Part shown: positions 40,706 through 50,225 of the stretch, piece by piece
How the letters are laid out: every line of letters starts with the position of its first letter
Position numbering within the stretch: position 1 is the first letter of the stretch
From: Anaerolineae bacterium
GTDB lineage: Bacteria > Chloroflexota > Anaerolineae > UBA1429
Direction of reading: 5' to 3'
Assembly: GCA_963675785.1 (NCBI GenBank)
Contig: OY776562.1
Span: forward strand, 1,920,001 to 1,984,000
DNA length: 64,000 nucleotides
Position numbers and translations under genes: made by a program
The notes under the pieces: generated by a model
What the model was told of the DNA's origin: nothing
Seen by the model: the letters and a program-made list of their open reading frames with translations, nothing else
Database searches by the model: none

Positions 40706-42057
40706 TAGTGCTTCTCCTTCATCATATAGCGTGCCAAGGAATTCACGAGAAGGATCATCACAAACAGCAGCACACCCGTAAAGAACAACGCACTGCGATG
40801 CACACCGGCTGCATAGTTAATCTCGACAGCAATGTTACCGGTCAAAGTGCGTGCAGCGCTCAAAAAAATAGTAAACGGGTTGTTGTTCAGCGGTTCTGGT
40901 ACAGCAATAGCGTTGCCAATGACCATAATCAAGGCCATGGTCTCGCCCAGCGCACGACCAATACCCAAAATAGTTGCGGCAAGAACACCAGAGCGCCCAG
41001 CAGGAACCATGACGCGCATAATCGTCTGCCAGTGTGTAGCCCCCAGAGCAAGCGATCCTTCTTTATACGCCTGGGGAACAGCCCGGATAGCGTCCTCGGC
41101 CACATTTGTTATGGTGGGCATAATCATCAAGGCGAGCACAACAGAGGCCGTGAGCAGGCCAAAACCGCTGTTACCGCTGACATCGATCTGGCGTACAAGC
41201 GGCGCAATAACCACCATACCAAAAAGGCCAAACACCACAGATGGAATACCTGCCAATAGTTCAATAGCCGGGCGGATGATCTTACGCACACCCTGTGGTG
41301 CTACCTCGGCTAGCAAAATGGCTGTACCGATAGAAAGGGGCACCCCGATAAGTGCGGCTCCAAGCGTGCTCAAAACTGTGCCCAACATCATAGGGACAAG
41401 CCCGTACAACTCCTGGTTAGGACGCCAGACGGTGCCTGTAAGCATGTCGCCAAGCCCGATTTCTTCAATAGCTGGCCAGGCCTGGGTAACTGTGAAAATG
41501 ATAATAAGCAGAACAATGATGACAGCACTAACACCTGTCGCAAGCAGCAAATAGCGGATGGCACTATCGACAAATTCGCGCTGGGCCACCGAGTCGATGA
41601 AATCATCTGCCGCATATCGCAAAAACAGATAGAGCAACACCGGCCCAGCAGCACGGATCAAACCCCAGCGTAAGCCTATCCAAATTGTCTGAAGGATCTC
41701 GATACCACCCATAACCTGTTCGCCAGCAAATATCTGCGTAGACATGGCAAAAACAAGAGTAATTGTTAAAAAGGCTAAATAACCCAATATGGCAAAGGTC
41801 AGTATAGTTCTGGCCCAGTTTCGTTTACGCCACAAGCCCTGAGCCGTAAACAGGAGAATAGCGGATATAGCACCCGCTGCGGCCCAATAAAGCCAGCCGG
41901 CCATCCAGCCTTCGATAAACTGATCTCTAATTACAAACGCGCCCACTAGCACACCCACGCCAGCAAGCCCAACAACGACAGCAAGAATTGCTATGACTAC
42001 CAGACGAAATCTGGTACCCTTCTTTGAGCTCTTGACTGTCGAAATGGCACTTGACAT
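40705..42057 (-). CDS. pstC: phosphate ABC transporter permease with an N-terminal membrane extension
   Basis: ELLAGIPSVVFG, ALGATHWQT, RALGETMA. Confidence 0.94.
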   Translation of the reverse strand: MSSAISTVKSSKKGTRFRLVVIAILAVVVGLAGVGVLVGAFVIRDQFIEGWMAGWLYWAAAGAISAILLFTAQGLWRKRNWARTILTFAILGYLAFLTITLVFAMSTQIFAGEQVMGGIEILQTIWIGLRWGLIRAAGPVLLYLFLRYAADDFIDSVAQREFVDSAIRYLLLATGVSAVIIVLLIIIFTVTQAWPAIEEIGLGDMLTGTVWRPNQELYGLVPMMLGTVLSTLGAALIGVPLSIGTAILLAEVAPQGVRKIIRPAIELLAGIPSVVFGLFGMVVIAPLVRQIDVSGNSGFGLLTASVVLALMIMPTITNVAEDAIRAVPQAYKEGSLALGATHWQTIMRVMVPAGRSGVLAATILGIGRALGETMALIMVIGNAIAVPEPLNNNPFTIFLSAARTLTGNIAVEINYAAGVHRSALFFTGVLLFVMILLVNSLARYMMKEKH

Positions 42058-42134
42058 ACGACTCCTCTCAGATACGTGTCGACGAGGAGGGACCCTCAGG
42101 CCCCTCCTCGCCCCGCCGATTGAGAAATGGCTTG

Positions 42135-43832
42135 TTATTGTACCGTGATGTAATCTTCGGCAACGATGGCCTGACCCGCATCACCCAGAATGTAATCCAT
42201 GAACGCTGCTGCCAACTCGCTGGGCTCACCCATAGTCAGCATGTTCAGCGGACGATAGATCGGGTAGCTGCCGTTCTTGACGTTCGCCACTGTCGGCTCT
42301 ACATCGTTCACGGCCACACCTGTGATACTGTCATCCAAGAACCCGAAGGAGAGAAAGGCGATACTGTTCGGCGTCGTCGATACGGCTGTACGTACTTGCC
42401 CGTTCGACTGCTGCAACAGCGCGTCTTCAGTGATCAACGCTTCCTGGCTCTCTCCTGCTGCATCCTTGTAGCTCATCACCAGCTCGGTAAAGGCGTCACG
42501 CGTGCCAGAACCCTCTTCACGGCTGATCACTGTGATCTCGGCATCCGGTCCACCTACTTCGGAAAAGTTGGTGATCTCACCAGAGAAAATCCCGCGAATC
42601 TGCTCAAGGCTCAGTGAGGGCAGTTCGACATCCGGGTTCACCACGATAGCGATGCCGTCGTAAGCGATGGTCGTGGTCTCAAGATCAGGGTACTGTTCCT
42701 GCTCAGAGCTCTTGACTGCACGAGAGGCGTTACCGATGTCTACGGTGCCCTCAGCTACCGAGGTCACACCCACACCAGAACCGCCACCCTGAATCTCGAT
42801 CACCACATCAGGGTTGATTGCCATAAAGGCTTCGGCCAATACTTCAGCCAAAGGCTGTACTGTCGTCGAACCTGCCAGCGTCAGCGTGCCGCTCAAAGCA
42901 GCAACTGGCTCCTCTTCATCAGTTACCGTGATGTAATCTTCGGCAACGATAGCCTGACCCGCATCACCCAGAATGTAGTCCAAAAACGCTGCTGCCAATT
43001 CGCTGGGCTCGCCCATGGTCAGCATGTTCAACGGACGATAGATCGGGTAGCTGCCGTTCTTGACGTTCGCCACTGTCGGCTCTACATCGTTCACAGCCAC
43101 ACCTGTGATACTGTCATCCAAGAACCCGAAGGAGAGAAAGGCGATACTGTTCGGCGTCGTCGATACGGCTGTACGTACTTGCCCGTTCGACTGCTGCAAC
43201 AGCGCGTCTTCAGTGATCAACGCTTCCTGGCTCTCTCCTGCTGCATCCTTGTAGCTCATCACCAGCTCGGTAAAGGCGTCACGCGTGCCAGAACCCTCTT
43301 CACGGCTGATCACTGTGATCTCGGCATCCGGTCCACCTACTTCGGAAAAGTTGGTGATCTCACCAGAGAAAATCCCGCGAATCTGCTCAAGGCTCAGTGA
43401 GGGCAGTTCGACATCCGGGTTCACCACGATAGCGATGCCGTCGTAAGCGATGGTCGTGGTCTCAAGATCAGGGTACTGTTCTTGCTCAGAGCTCTTGACT
43501 GCACGAGAAGCATTGCCAATGTCTACTGTACCCTCGGCTACCGAGGTCACGCCAACACCAGAACCGCCACCCTGAATCTCGATCACCACATCAGGGTTGA
43601 TTGCCATAAAGGCTTCGGCCAATACTTCGGCCAAAGGCTGTACTGTCGTCGAACCTGCCAGCGTCAGCGTACCGCTTAGGCCATCAGTTACCGCATCGGT
43701 TGGCTCTGCTGTCGCTTCTGCTGCTGTCGTTGCAGTAGGTGCAGCAGTGGGCTCTGTTGTAGCATAGGGGTCCGAACATCCACCCAAGACTATGGCCACA
43801 ACGAGCAGGCTAATCAACAAATATTTGCGCAT
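42135..43832 (-). CDS. pstS: phosphate-binding lipoprotein with two tandem PstS domains
   Basis: Lipobox LGGC; AGSTTV, GGGSGVG, SREEGSGTR and YPIYRPL each occur twice. Confidence 0.95.
   Translation of the reverse strand: MRKYLLISLLVVAIVLGGCSDPYATTEPTAAPTATTAAEATAEPTDAVTDGLSGTLTLAGSTTVQPLAEVLAEAFMAINPDVVIEIQGGGSGVGVTSVAEGTVDIGNASRAVKSSEQEQYPDLETTTIAYDGIAIVVNPDVELPSLSLEQIRGIFSGEITNFSEVGGPDAEITVISREEGSGTRDAFTELVMSYKDAAGESQEALITEDALLQQSNGQVRTAVSTTPNSIAFLSFGFLDDSITGVAVNDVEPTVANVKNGSYPIYRPLNMLTMGEPSELAAAFLDYILGDAGQAIVAEDYITVTDEEEPVAALSGTLTLAGSTTVQPLAEVLAEAFMAINPDVVIEIQGGGSGVGVTSVAEGTVDIGNASRAVKSSEQEQYPDLETTTIAYDGIAIVVNPDVELPSLSLEQIRGIFSGEITNFSEVGGPDAEITVISREEGSGTRDAFTELVMSYKDAAGESQEALITEDALLQQSNGQVRTAVSTTPNSIAFLSFGFLDDSITGVAVNDVEPTVANVKNGSYPIYRPLNMLTMGEPSELAAAFMDYILGDAGQAIVAEDYITVQ
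42141..43679 (-). repeat. 756-bp direct duplication (42141-42896 and 42924-43679, period 783 bp)
   Basis: Direct sequence comparison; central 386 bp identical. Confidence 0.96.
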
Positions 43833-43885
43833 ATTTGATCCTCCAGACGAATCGTCGCATCAACAACTCAAAGGATAACATGCGC

Positions 43886-43925
43886 AGTTTAACGAGGGGC
43901 GAAGGGATGATTAACAGATTGTAAA
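43886..43925 (-). promoter_or_regulatory. Pho-box-like repeats and -10 upstream of pstS
   Basis: TTTACA-N5-TTAATC-N5-TTCGCC-N5-TTAAAC (11-bp period), the last overlapping TAAACT; resembles the Bacillus PhoP TTHACA boxes. Confidence 0.65.
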
Positions 43926-43939
43926 CGCATGCCCCAGAT

Positions 43940-45721
43940 TCAGGCCATTGCAGTCGCTTGGTTGGGATCATGCCGCAAAGGAACGGCAAAAGAAAAGGTG
44001 CTGCCGATCCCCATGATGCTTTCAACCCATATATGCCCACCATGCTGTTGCACAATGTGCTTACAGATGGCCAACCCCAGGCCAGTGCCGCCGCCCGTCC
44101 GCGAGCGATCCGCCTTGTAAAAGCGCTCAAAGATACGCGGCAAATCCTCTTCAGCTATGCCCACACCCGTATCTTGTACAGAGATGACAAGCTCGGAGGC
44201 CACAACTTGGGCAGAAACGGTGATGTGCCCACCGGGCTCAGTGAATTTGATGGCATTGTGGACGAGATTGGTAATAACCTGATGCAGACGCTGCGAATCC
44301 ACCTCTGCTTCAGGAAGATCGTCGGAAAGAACAATGCGCAGCGAAATGCCAGCACGTTCAGCTTGAGGCATGAGCCGCTCGACTGGAGGAACGATGATGT
44401 CTGCTGCTGTAGTCTTGGCAGGATCAAGCGGTACCTGGCTGGACTCGATACGAGAAAGTTCGAGCAATTCGCGGACCATCTGCGTAAGAGAATCGACCTG
44501 GTCTTCGATCATATCTAAAAAATGCTGGGCAGCAGGCGGATCCTCCAAAGCGCCATCCCGCAGGGTTTCTACAAGCGCCTTTAGAGAAGCTAACGGGGTA
44601 CGCAACTCGTGAGAAGCATTGCTTACAAAATCTCGCCGTACCTGTTCGGCACTGCGCACCATGGTCAAATCCTGAAGAATCACAAAGCCGCTCTCAATGT
44701 CATCATCACCCAGCGGTGTATAGATAGCACGCAAGTAAAAACCATGCAGTGCTGATGAGACGATGGCTTCTTGCTCGGCCTCTGTCTCCATACCGCGCTG
44801 CACAAGCTCAATAAGTTCATGATGGCGCAGTACGCGGGCAAAGGAACGGCCCATGGCCTCTTTTTCAGTGATCGCCAGAATGCGCTCACCAGCAGCGTTC
44901 AGACGCCGCACCCGACCTTCATTACTGATACTGATAACGCCATCAGCCATATGATTGAGAATCGCCGAAAGCCGCCCCTGTTCGGTAGATAATCGGGCGA
45001 CTTCAATCTGAAGGCGCGAAGCCATGAGGTTAAAGGTCTCCCCCAAACGCCCCACCTCATCACGGCTGGAACCATAATAACGCGAGCTTAGATCACCTTC
45101 TGCCATCCGATGCGCCGCACGATCGAGTTTGCTCACCGGAACAGTGACGCGATCGGCCACCAGTACGGCTACTAACAATGCTGCCGCCATGGCTACAAGC
45201 GTAGCGAGGAAAATCGTACTGCGAAGTCGTGTTACCTCCAGTTCGACCTGTTCCAAGCTGACAGCCACTCTGGCTATTGCCAAAGTGACACCCTGATGTA
45301 CCACCGGTGCTGCCAGATAGAGCATGTTCTCCTGCAAGGTAGGGCTAAATCGCGAGCTAGAGCCTTCGCCGAGTTCAATCGCATCAATAACCTCGGGTCT
45401 GGAAAGGTGATTCTCCATTTCCGAAGGTTCATAGTCTGACTCGGCCAGCACGGCACCATCCATTCCAATGACGGTGACACGCACAGAAAACAGCTCAGCC
45501 CATTCATCCACAGAAACAGAGAGAGCCTGCATATCTCCATCGGCAATCTCGTTGTCAATCAACGTGGCAAAAGCATGCACTTCTTCGGCATAGCCCTGTT
45601 CCATGTCCTCGACGCGCGTATTGCGCACCGTATTGGATACATAGACCGTAAGGCCGGCGAGAATGATCAGAATGAGAACGACATAAGGTAAAGCAATGCG
45701 CCAACGCAAGTGATGCTTCAT
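43940..45721 (-). CDS. phoR: phosphate regulon sensor histidine kinase (2 TM, HAMP, PAS)
   Basis: MENHLSRPEV, RDFVSNASHELRTPL, RIFERFYKADRSR, GGTGLGL; adjacent to pst. Confidence 0.9.
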   Translation of the reverse strand: MKHHLRWRIALPYVVLILIILAGLTVYVSNTVRNTRVEDMEQGYAEEVHAFATLIDNEIADGDMQALSVSVDEWAELFSVRVTVIGMDGAVLAESDYEPSEMENHLSRPEVIDAIELGEGSSSRFSPTLQENMLYLAAPVVHQGVTLAIARVAVSLEQVELEVTRLRSTIFLATLVAMAAALLVAVLVADRVTVPVSKLDRAAHRMAEGDLSSRYYGSSRDEVGRLGETFNLMASRLQIEVARLSTEQGRLSAILNHMADGVISISNEGRVRRLNAAGERILAITEKEAMGRSFARVLRHHELIELVQRGMETEAEQEAIVSSALHGFYLRAIYTPLGDDDIESGFVILQDLTMVRSAEQVRRDFVSNASHELRTPLASLKALVETLRDGALEDPPAAQHFLDMIEDQVDSLTQMVRELLELSRIESSQVPLDPAKTTAADIIVPPVERLMPQAERAGISLRIVLSDDLPEAEVDSQRLHQVITNLVHNAIKFTEPGGHITVSAQVVASELVISVQDTGVGIAEEDLPRIFERFYKADRSRTGGGTGLGLAICKHIVQQHGGHIWVESIMGIGSTFSFAVPLRHDPNQATAMA

Positions 45722-45726
45722 TCAGG

Positions 45727-46425
45727 CTAGCCCTCGAATCGATAACCTACTCCGCGCACAGTCACGATGCGTTTCGGATCGGATGGGTCGTCTTCAATCT
45801 TGGCGCGCAGCCAGCGCATATGTACGTCCACTGTGCGCGTCTCCACAGCTACATCCCAGCCCCACACCCCCTCAAGAATTTGGTCTCTTGTGAGGGCAAA
45901 GCCTTTGTTGGTTATCAGATAGCAAAGCAAGTCGTACTCTCTGGGTTTTAGGTCCAGCACCTCGCCAGCCAAAGAGGCTTCGCAACGCTCCAGATCGACC
46001 ACAAGATTCCCACTCTTCAGTGCTCTATGGGGCGCTTCCACTGCCGTCGTTTCAAATGCTGTAAGCCTGGCGCGGCGAAGCTGAGCCTTGATGCGTGCCA
46101 GTACCTCACGCATACTAAAAGGCTTGGTCACGTAATCGTCAGCGCCGATCTCTAAACCGACAATCTTGTCTACCTCTTCATCGCGCGCGGTCAGCATGAT
46201 AATGGGCACATTGGATTCCTGTCGTACCGCGCGGCACACCTCGACGCCATCGATCTTGGGCAGCATCACATCGAGTAGGATGAGATCGGGTTTATTGGCT
46301 CTGGCCAGTTCAATGGCTGCCTCTCCGTCCATCGCCCGTATCACCTCATGCCCCTGACGTTCCAGGTTATAGGCCAGCGTTTCTGAAAGCGCAGCCTCAT
46401 CTTCAACCACAAGAATCAGCGCCAT
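45727..46425 (-). CDS. phoB: OmpR/PhoB-family response regulator
   Basis: LLDVMLP, GADDYVTKPF, RTVDVHMRWLR, TVRGVGYRF; start at MALILVVEDE. Symbol from synteny with phoR/pst. Confidence 0.88.
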   Translation of the reverse strand: MALILVVEDEAALSETLAYNLERQGHEVIRAMDGEAAIELARANKPDLILLDVMLPKIDGVEVCRAVRQESNVPIIMLTARDEEVDKIVGLEIGADDYVTKPFSMREVLARIKAQLRRARLTAFETTAVEAPHRALKSGNLVVDLERCEASLAGEVLDLKPREYDLLCYLITNKGFALTRDQILEGVWGWDVAVETRTVDVHMRWLRAKIEDDPSDPKRIVTVRGVGYRFEG

Positions 46426-46492
46426 TGGCTCCCCTTCCAATACTAGTGCATTCATCATACCAAACACCGGGCAACAACCCAAGAGGCAAAGT

Positions 46493-46554
46493 TTGACAGA
46501 AGGTGGCAAATGCCTATTATGTGACCAGTTGGTCATATGACCAACTGGTCACAT
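46493..46554 (+). promoter_or_regulatory. TetR operon promoter with a perfect 36-bp palindromic operator
   Basis: TTGACA-16-TATTAT; ATGTGACCAGTTGGTCAT|ATGACCAACTGGTCACAT at 46519-46554. Confidence 0.85.
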
Positions 46555-46568
46555 CTTGAGAATAAATC

Positions 46569-47249
46569 ATGCCAAGTGATACTTTTTACAATCTTCCAGA
46601 CGAAAAAAGGGAAAAGCTGCTGCGCACCGCCATTGACGCCTTTGCCATAGCTCCCTACGAACACGTATCCATGTCTCAATTGGCACAACGCGCTGGCATC
46701 GCCAAGGGCAGCCTCTATCAGTATTTCACGGACAAACGCGAGTTGTATCTCTACCTAGTGCAGCTTGCCGCCGATGAAAAACTAGCCTATTTGCAGCGTG
46801 TCGAGCCCCCCTCACCTGATATCGGGATGTTCGCCTATTTGCGCTGGCTAACCGAGCAGACACTGGATTTCCAGTTCGCTAATCCCAATCTGTATCAGGT
46901 GGCCTACCGGGCGCTCTATGGCGATCGTCCCTTCCCAGATGCGAGCCTGCAAGGCGCCCAAGAAGCGGGTATTCACTACTTTGAGGGGCTCATCACGCAG
47001 GGTATTGCTCGCGGTGATCTACGTTCAGATCTGGATATCGAGCTTACAGCGCTCTTGATCTCTAACTTTTTTAGCCAGGTAGGTAATTACATAGTCGATA
47101 CATTGGGAAAAGAAACCTTTGACAGGAGCCGAGGGCCACTGGGCAAAGAAGCGCAGAGCCAAATACGCCAAGCTATCGGCACCCTGCTGGATTTACTAGA
47201 ACGCGGCATCGGTGCACAACAACATGATGACACAGGAGAAAACAAGTGA
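46569..47249 (+). CDS. TetR/AcrR-family regulator
   Basis: TFYNLPDEKR, AGIAKGSLYQYFTDKRELY. Confidence 0.93.
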   Translation: MPSDTFYNLPDEKREKLLRTAIDAFAIAPYEHVSMSQLAQRAGIAKGSLYQYFTDKRELYLYLVQLAADEKLAYLQRVEPPSPDIGMFAYLRWLTEQTLDFQFANPNLYQVAYRALYGDRPFPDASLQGAQEAGIHYFEGLITQGIARGDLRSDLDIELTALLISNFFSQVGNYIVDTLGKETFDRSRGPLGKEAQSQIRQAIGTLLDLLERGIGAQQHDDTGENK

Positions 47250-48100
47250 TACACGTTCGTGAACTGTACCACTCTTATGGCCATAACGATACATATCAGG
47301 TCAAAAACGTCAGCTTTGATATCACCAGGGGTGAAATCTTTGGCTTTCTTGGCCCCAATGGTGCCGGCAAGAGCACCACACAAAAAATTATGACAGGCTT
47401 GCTGCCCCTACAGCGCGGTTATGTCGAGTTGGCCGGCCAAGATATGGGGCACATTGACCGTCAGATATTCAACAAGATCGGCGTTGCTTTTGAACAAGCC
47501 AATCTCTACGGCAAGCTGACCGGTCTGGAGAACCTGCAATTCCATGCCGGCCTGTACGGTGTACCCACCATTGACCCCATGGCCCTGCTCATCCGCCTCG
47601 ATCTGGAAGAGGCAGCCAACAAACGCGTCAGCACCTATTCCAAGGGAATGCAGCAGCGCCTGGCCCTAGCCCGATCCTTGTTGAACAATCCCGAAATCCT
47701 TTTTCTCGATGAGCCCACTTCTGGCCTGGATCCCAGTTCGGCCCGTTCGGTCAAAGAACTCATTCGTGAAAAGCAGACAGAAGGCGTTACTATTTTCCTC
47801 ACGACCCACGATATGCACGTAGCCGAAGAGCTCTGCAACCGTGTGGCCTTTATCAATGCCGGCGAAATCGTCGCTCTGGACTCGCCGCGAGAGCTCAAGC
47901 TGCGCTATGGCGAACGTACGCTGTTGATAGAAAATCGGGTCAATGGCCACATCGAATCGTTGATTCTCGACCAAAACAAGGATGATGACCGCCGGCACTT
48001 GCTTGCGCTAATGCAAGCCGGCAGCGTCGAAACAGTCCATTCTCAAGAAGCCACACTGGAGGCGGTCTTCATCGCCCTCACAGGCAGAGGGCTGGACTAA
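47246..48100 (+). CDS. ABC-2 exporter ATP-binding protein
   Basis: GPNGAGKST, YSKGMQQR, LDEPTSGLDP, TTH. Confidence 0.94.
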   Translation: MIHVRELYHSYGHNDTYQVKNVSFDITRGEIFGFLGPNGAGKSTTQKIMTGLLPLQRGYVELAGQDMGHIDRQIFNKIGVAFEQANLYGKLTGLENLQFHAGLYGVPTIDPMALLIRLDLEEAANKRVSTYSKGMQQRLALARSLLNNPEILFLDEPTSGLDPSSARSVKELIREKQTEGVTIFLTTHDMHVAEELCNRVAFINAGEIVALDSPRELKLRYGERTLLIENRVNGHIESLILDQNKDDDRRHLLALMQAGSVETVHSQEATLEAVFIALTGRGLD

Positions 48101-49146
48101 TGTTGAAGCGACTATGGGTCTCGCTCAAGCGAGATTTCAAGATGAACCTCACCAATGGCTATTTGCTCATTACTGTGGCCGTAGCGTTACTCTACATGTT
48201 AGTCGTACGCTTTGCCGTGCCGGAGCAGCTCAGCACCAGTGCAAGGCTCTATCTCTATGATGCCACAACAGAACAGACCATGGCCAATTACGCACAATCC
48301 TTTGGCGAAGAACAGGCTGTCCTGGTCTACGGCGAAACTGAGCTGACCGAGCTGATGGCCGAAAACGAAAACAGCGTTGGCTTGATCCTCACCGAGGGTG
48401 ACCCGCTGCCGCAGGTTCGGCTGGTGTTTCAGGCAGCACAAGGAGAACAAATACAGCAGCTCATGCTAGCCAGCCTGGAAAGCGAACTGCGCGCCCTCTA
48501 TGGCGTCGAGGCTTCCGACATCGAGGTAAGCACCCGTCTACTCAACGAAACCTACAGTGAGCCAATCCCCTTTAACAAGGGGTTAGTCACCGTGCTGCTC
48601 TACTCGGACCCAGTGATGATTGGTCTGTTGTTCGTGGCAGCGCTGTATTTTGTTGAAAGGCAGCAGGGCACCGTCAAGGCCTACCTGGTAACACCGGGCC
48701 GTGTGTGGGAATACGTTCTGGCCAAAGCCGTTTCATTAGGGCTGCTAGCTCTTTTATTCACCCTCATCCTGGTGCCCTTCACAGTGGGTAGCGGCGTCAA
48801 CTATGCCGCCTTGTTAACGTTGGTCTTCATGGGCAGCATCCTAAGCTCGCTGGTAGGCACCTTGTTGGCATCCTTTTACACCGACCTGGGGCAGTTCTTT
48901 GCGCCGGGCGTGCTGGTCATCTTGTTCTTGTCACTGCCGGGCATATCGTACTATGTACCTTCTTTCTCGCCCTGGTGGCTGAGGCTGCATCCCACCTACT
49001 CGATGCTGTTTGGCATGAAAGAAGCTCTGTTCCCTTCGGGCAACCCGCAGATCATTGTATCTGGCGTTCTCGTACTGTTGGCGCTCGATATCGTCATGCT
49101 CGCTGTCAGCAGCCTGGCCCTTGATCGCCAGTTTGTGCGGCGTTAG
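48100..49146 (+). CDS. ABC-2 exporter permease (fluoroquinolone-export-like)
   Basis: Multi-TM; ERQQGTVKAYLVTP motif. Confidence 0.85.
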   Translation: MLKRLWVSLKRDFKMNLTNGYLLITVAVALLYMLVVRFAVPEQLSTSARLYLYDATTEQTMANYAQSFGEEQAVLVYGETELTELMAENENSVGLILTEGDPLPQVRLVFQAAQGEQIQQLMLASLESELRALYGVEASDIEVSTRLLNETYSEPIPFNKGLVTVLLYSDPVMIGLLFVAALYFVERQQGTVKAYLVTPGRVWEYVLAKAVSLGLLALLFTLILVPFTVGSGVNYAALLTLVFMGSILSSLVGTLLASFYTDLGQFFAPGVLVILFLSLPGISYYVPSFSPWWLRLHPTYSMLFGMKEALFPSGNPQIIVSGVLVLLALDIVMLAVSSLALDRQFVRR

Positions 49147-49155
49147 GAGACTCTT

Positions 49156-50154
49156 GTGAAAAAGATTATTGCGCTGCTCAAGCGCGATTTCATCAGCACC
49201 ACTCGAGATGCTATGCTACTGTATGTCGTCATGGCACCTATCATCATCGGGCTGGGCGTGCGTCTCTTTTTGTCCGCCATCGGCTCATCTTCCACCAATC
49301 TGATCATCACCCAGGCCGACGCCCCGGTTCTGCAAGAGGCTTTGGCCCCCTATGCCCGTCTGCAAATCGTCGCCGATGAAACCGCGCTAGAACAGCGTGT
49401 ATTAGCTATCGATAACGCTGCAGGCATCATCAATGATGGACAAGGTGGCTATGCGGTCGTGCTACAAGGCAACGAGCCCGCCGAGACAGCCCTATTGCCT
49501 GAAATGGTGCTACGCTATGCCCTGGGTGAACACCTCGTCAATGCCGAAATAACCCAGCTCGCAGGAACCACTGTGCCCTATCGCGATTGGGTCGGCGCCT
49601 TTATTGCGCTTACCGTGCCTTTTATCGCCAGCATCGCCATGGCCCTGTTCATTATCGAGGATAAAGAAACCGGCATGTTGTACACCCTGAGCGTCTCTCC
49701 CCTGGGCAAAGGAACTTATATTCTGACACGGGGGCTCTTTGTCATGGGTTATTCACTGGTGATGGTCTATGTCGCGCTGCTGGTTCTAGGCATCACAGGG
49801 GCACCGGTGCTGCCCGTTCTGGCCATGACCGCGGCCTGTTCACTGGCAGCCATTCTGTTTGGTTTCGTCATCGGTTCGCTCAGTGCCTCTCAGGTAGCCG
49901 GCCTGGCCAACATGAAATTCGGCTTTCTAGTGATCTTGGCGCCTGCCATCCTCTCGTTGGTATTGCCCTCGGCATACCACGCAGCCCTGTATTGGGTTCC
50001 CTTCTTCTGGGCTTTTGAGGGCTTTCGAGAGATACTCGTTCAAGGGGGAAGCTGGGCCACATTCTGGCCTTCGCTGCTTTGGACCATCGTCAGCAGTATG
50101 GCGTTCATCGCTATCTTGGCGCCCTGGCTCAAAAAGAGACTGGTCGTTTCCTAG
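49156..50154 (+). CDS. ABC-2 exporter permease
   Basis: Multi-TM; EDKETGMLYTLSVSPL motif. Confidence 0.85.
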   Translation: MKKIIALLKRDFISTTRDAMLLYVVMAPIIIGLGVRLFLSAIGSSSTNLIITQADAPVLQEALAPYARLQIVADETALEQRVLAIDNAAGIINDGQGGYAVVLQGNEPAETALLPEMVLRYALGEHLVNAEITQLAGTTVPYRDWVGAFIALTVPFIASIAMALFIIEDKETGMLYTLSVSPLGKGTYILTRGLFVMGYSLVMVYVALLVLGITGAPVLPVLAMTAACSLAAILFGFVIGSLSASQVAGLANMKFGFLVILAPAILSLVLPSAYHAALYWVPFFWAFEGFREILVQGGSWATFWPSLLWTIVSSMAFIAILAPWLKKRLVVS

Positions 50155-50159
50155 ATAAC

Positions 50160-50195
50160 AAAAAGCCTCCCAACTACATGGTTGGGAGGCTTTTT
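50160..50195. terminator. bidirectional terminator
   Basis: A5-GCCTCCCAAC...GTTGGGAGGC-T5. Confidence 0.9.
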
Positions 50196-50225
50196 CATCA
50201 TCTGAACTAAATGACGAACTGTTAC

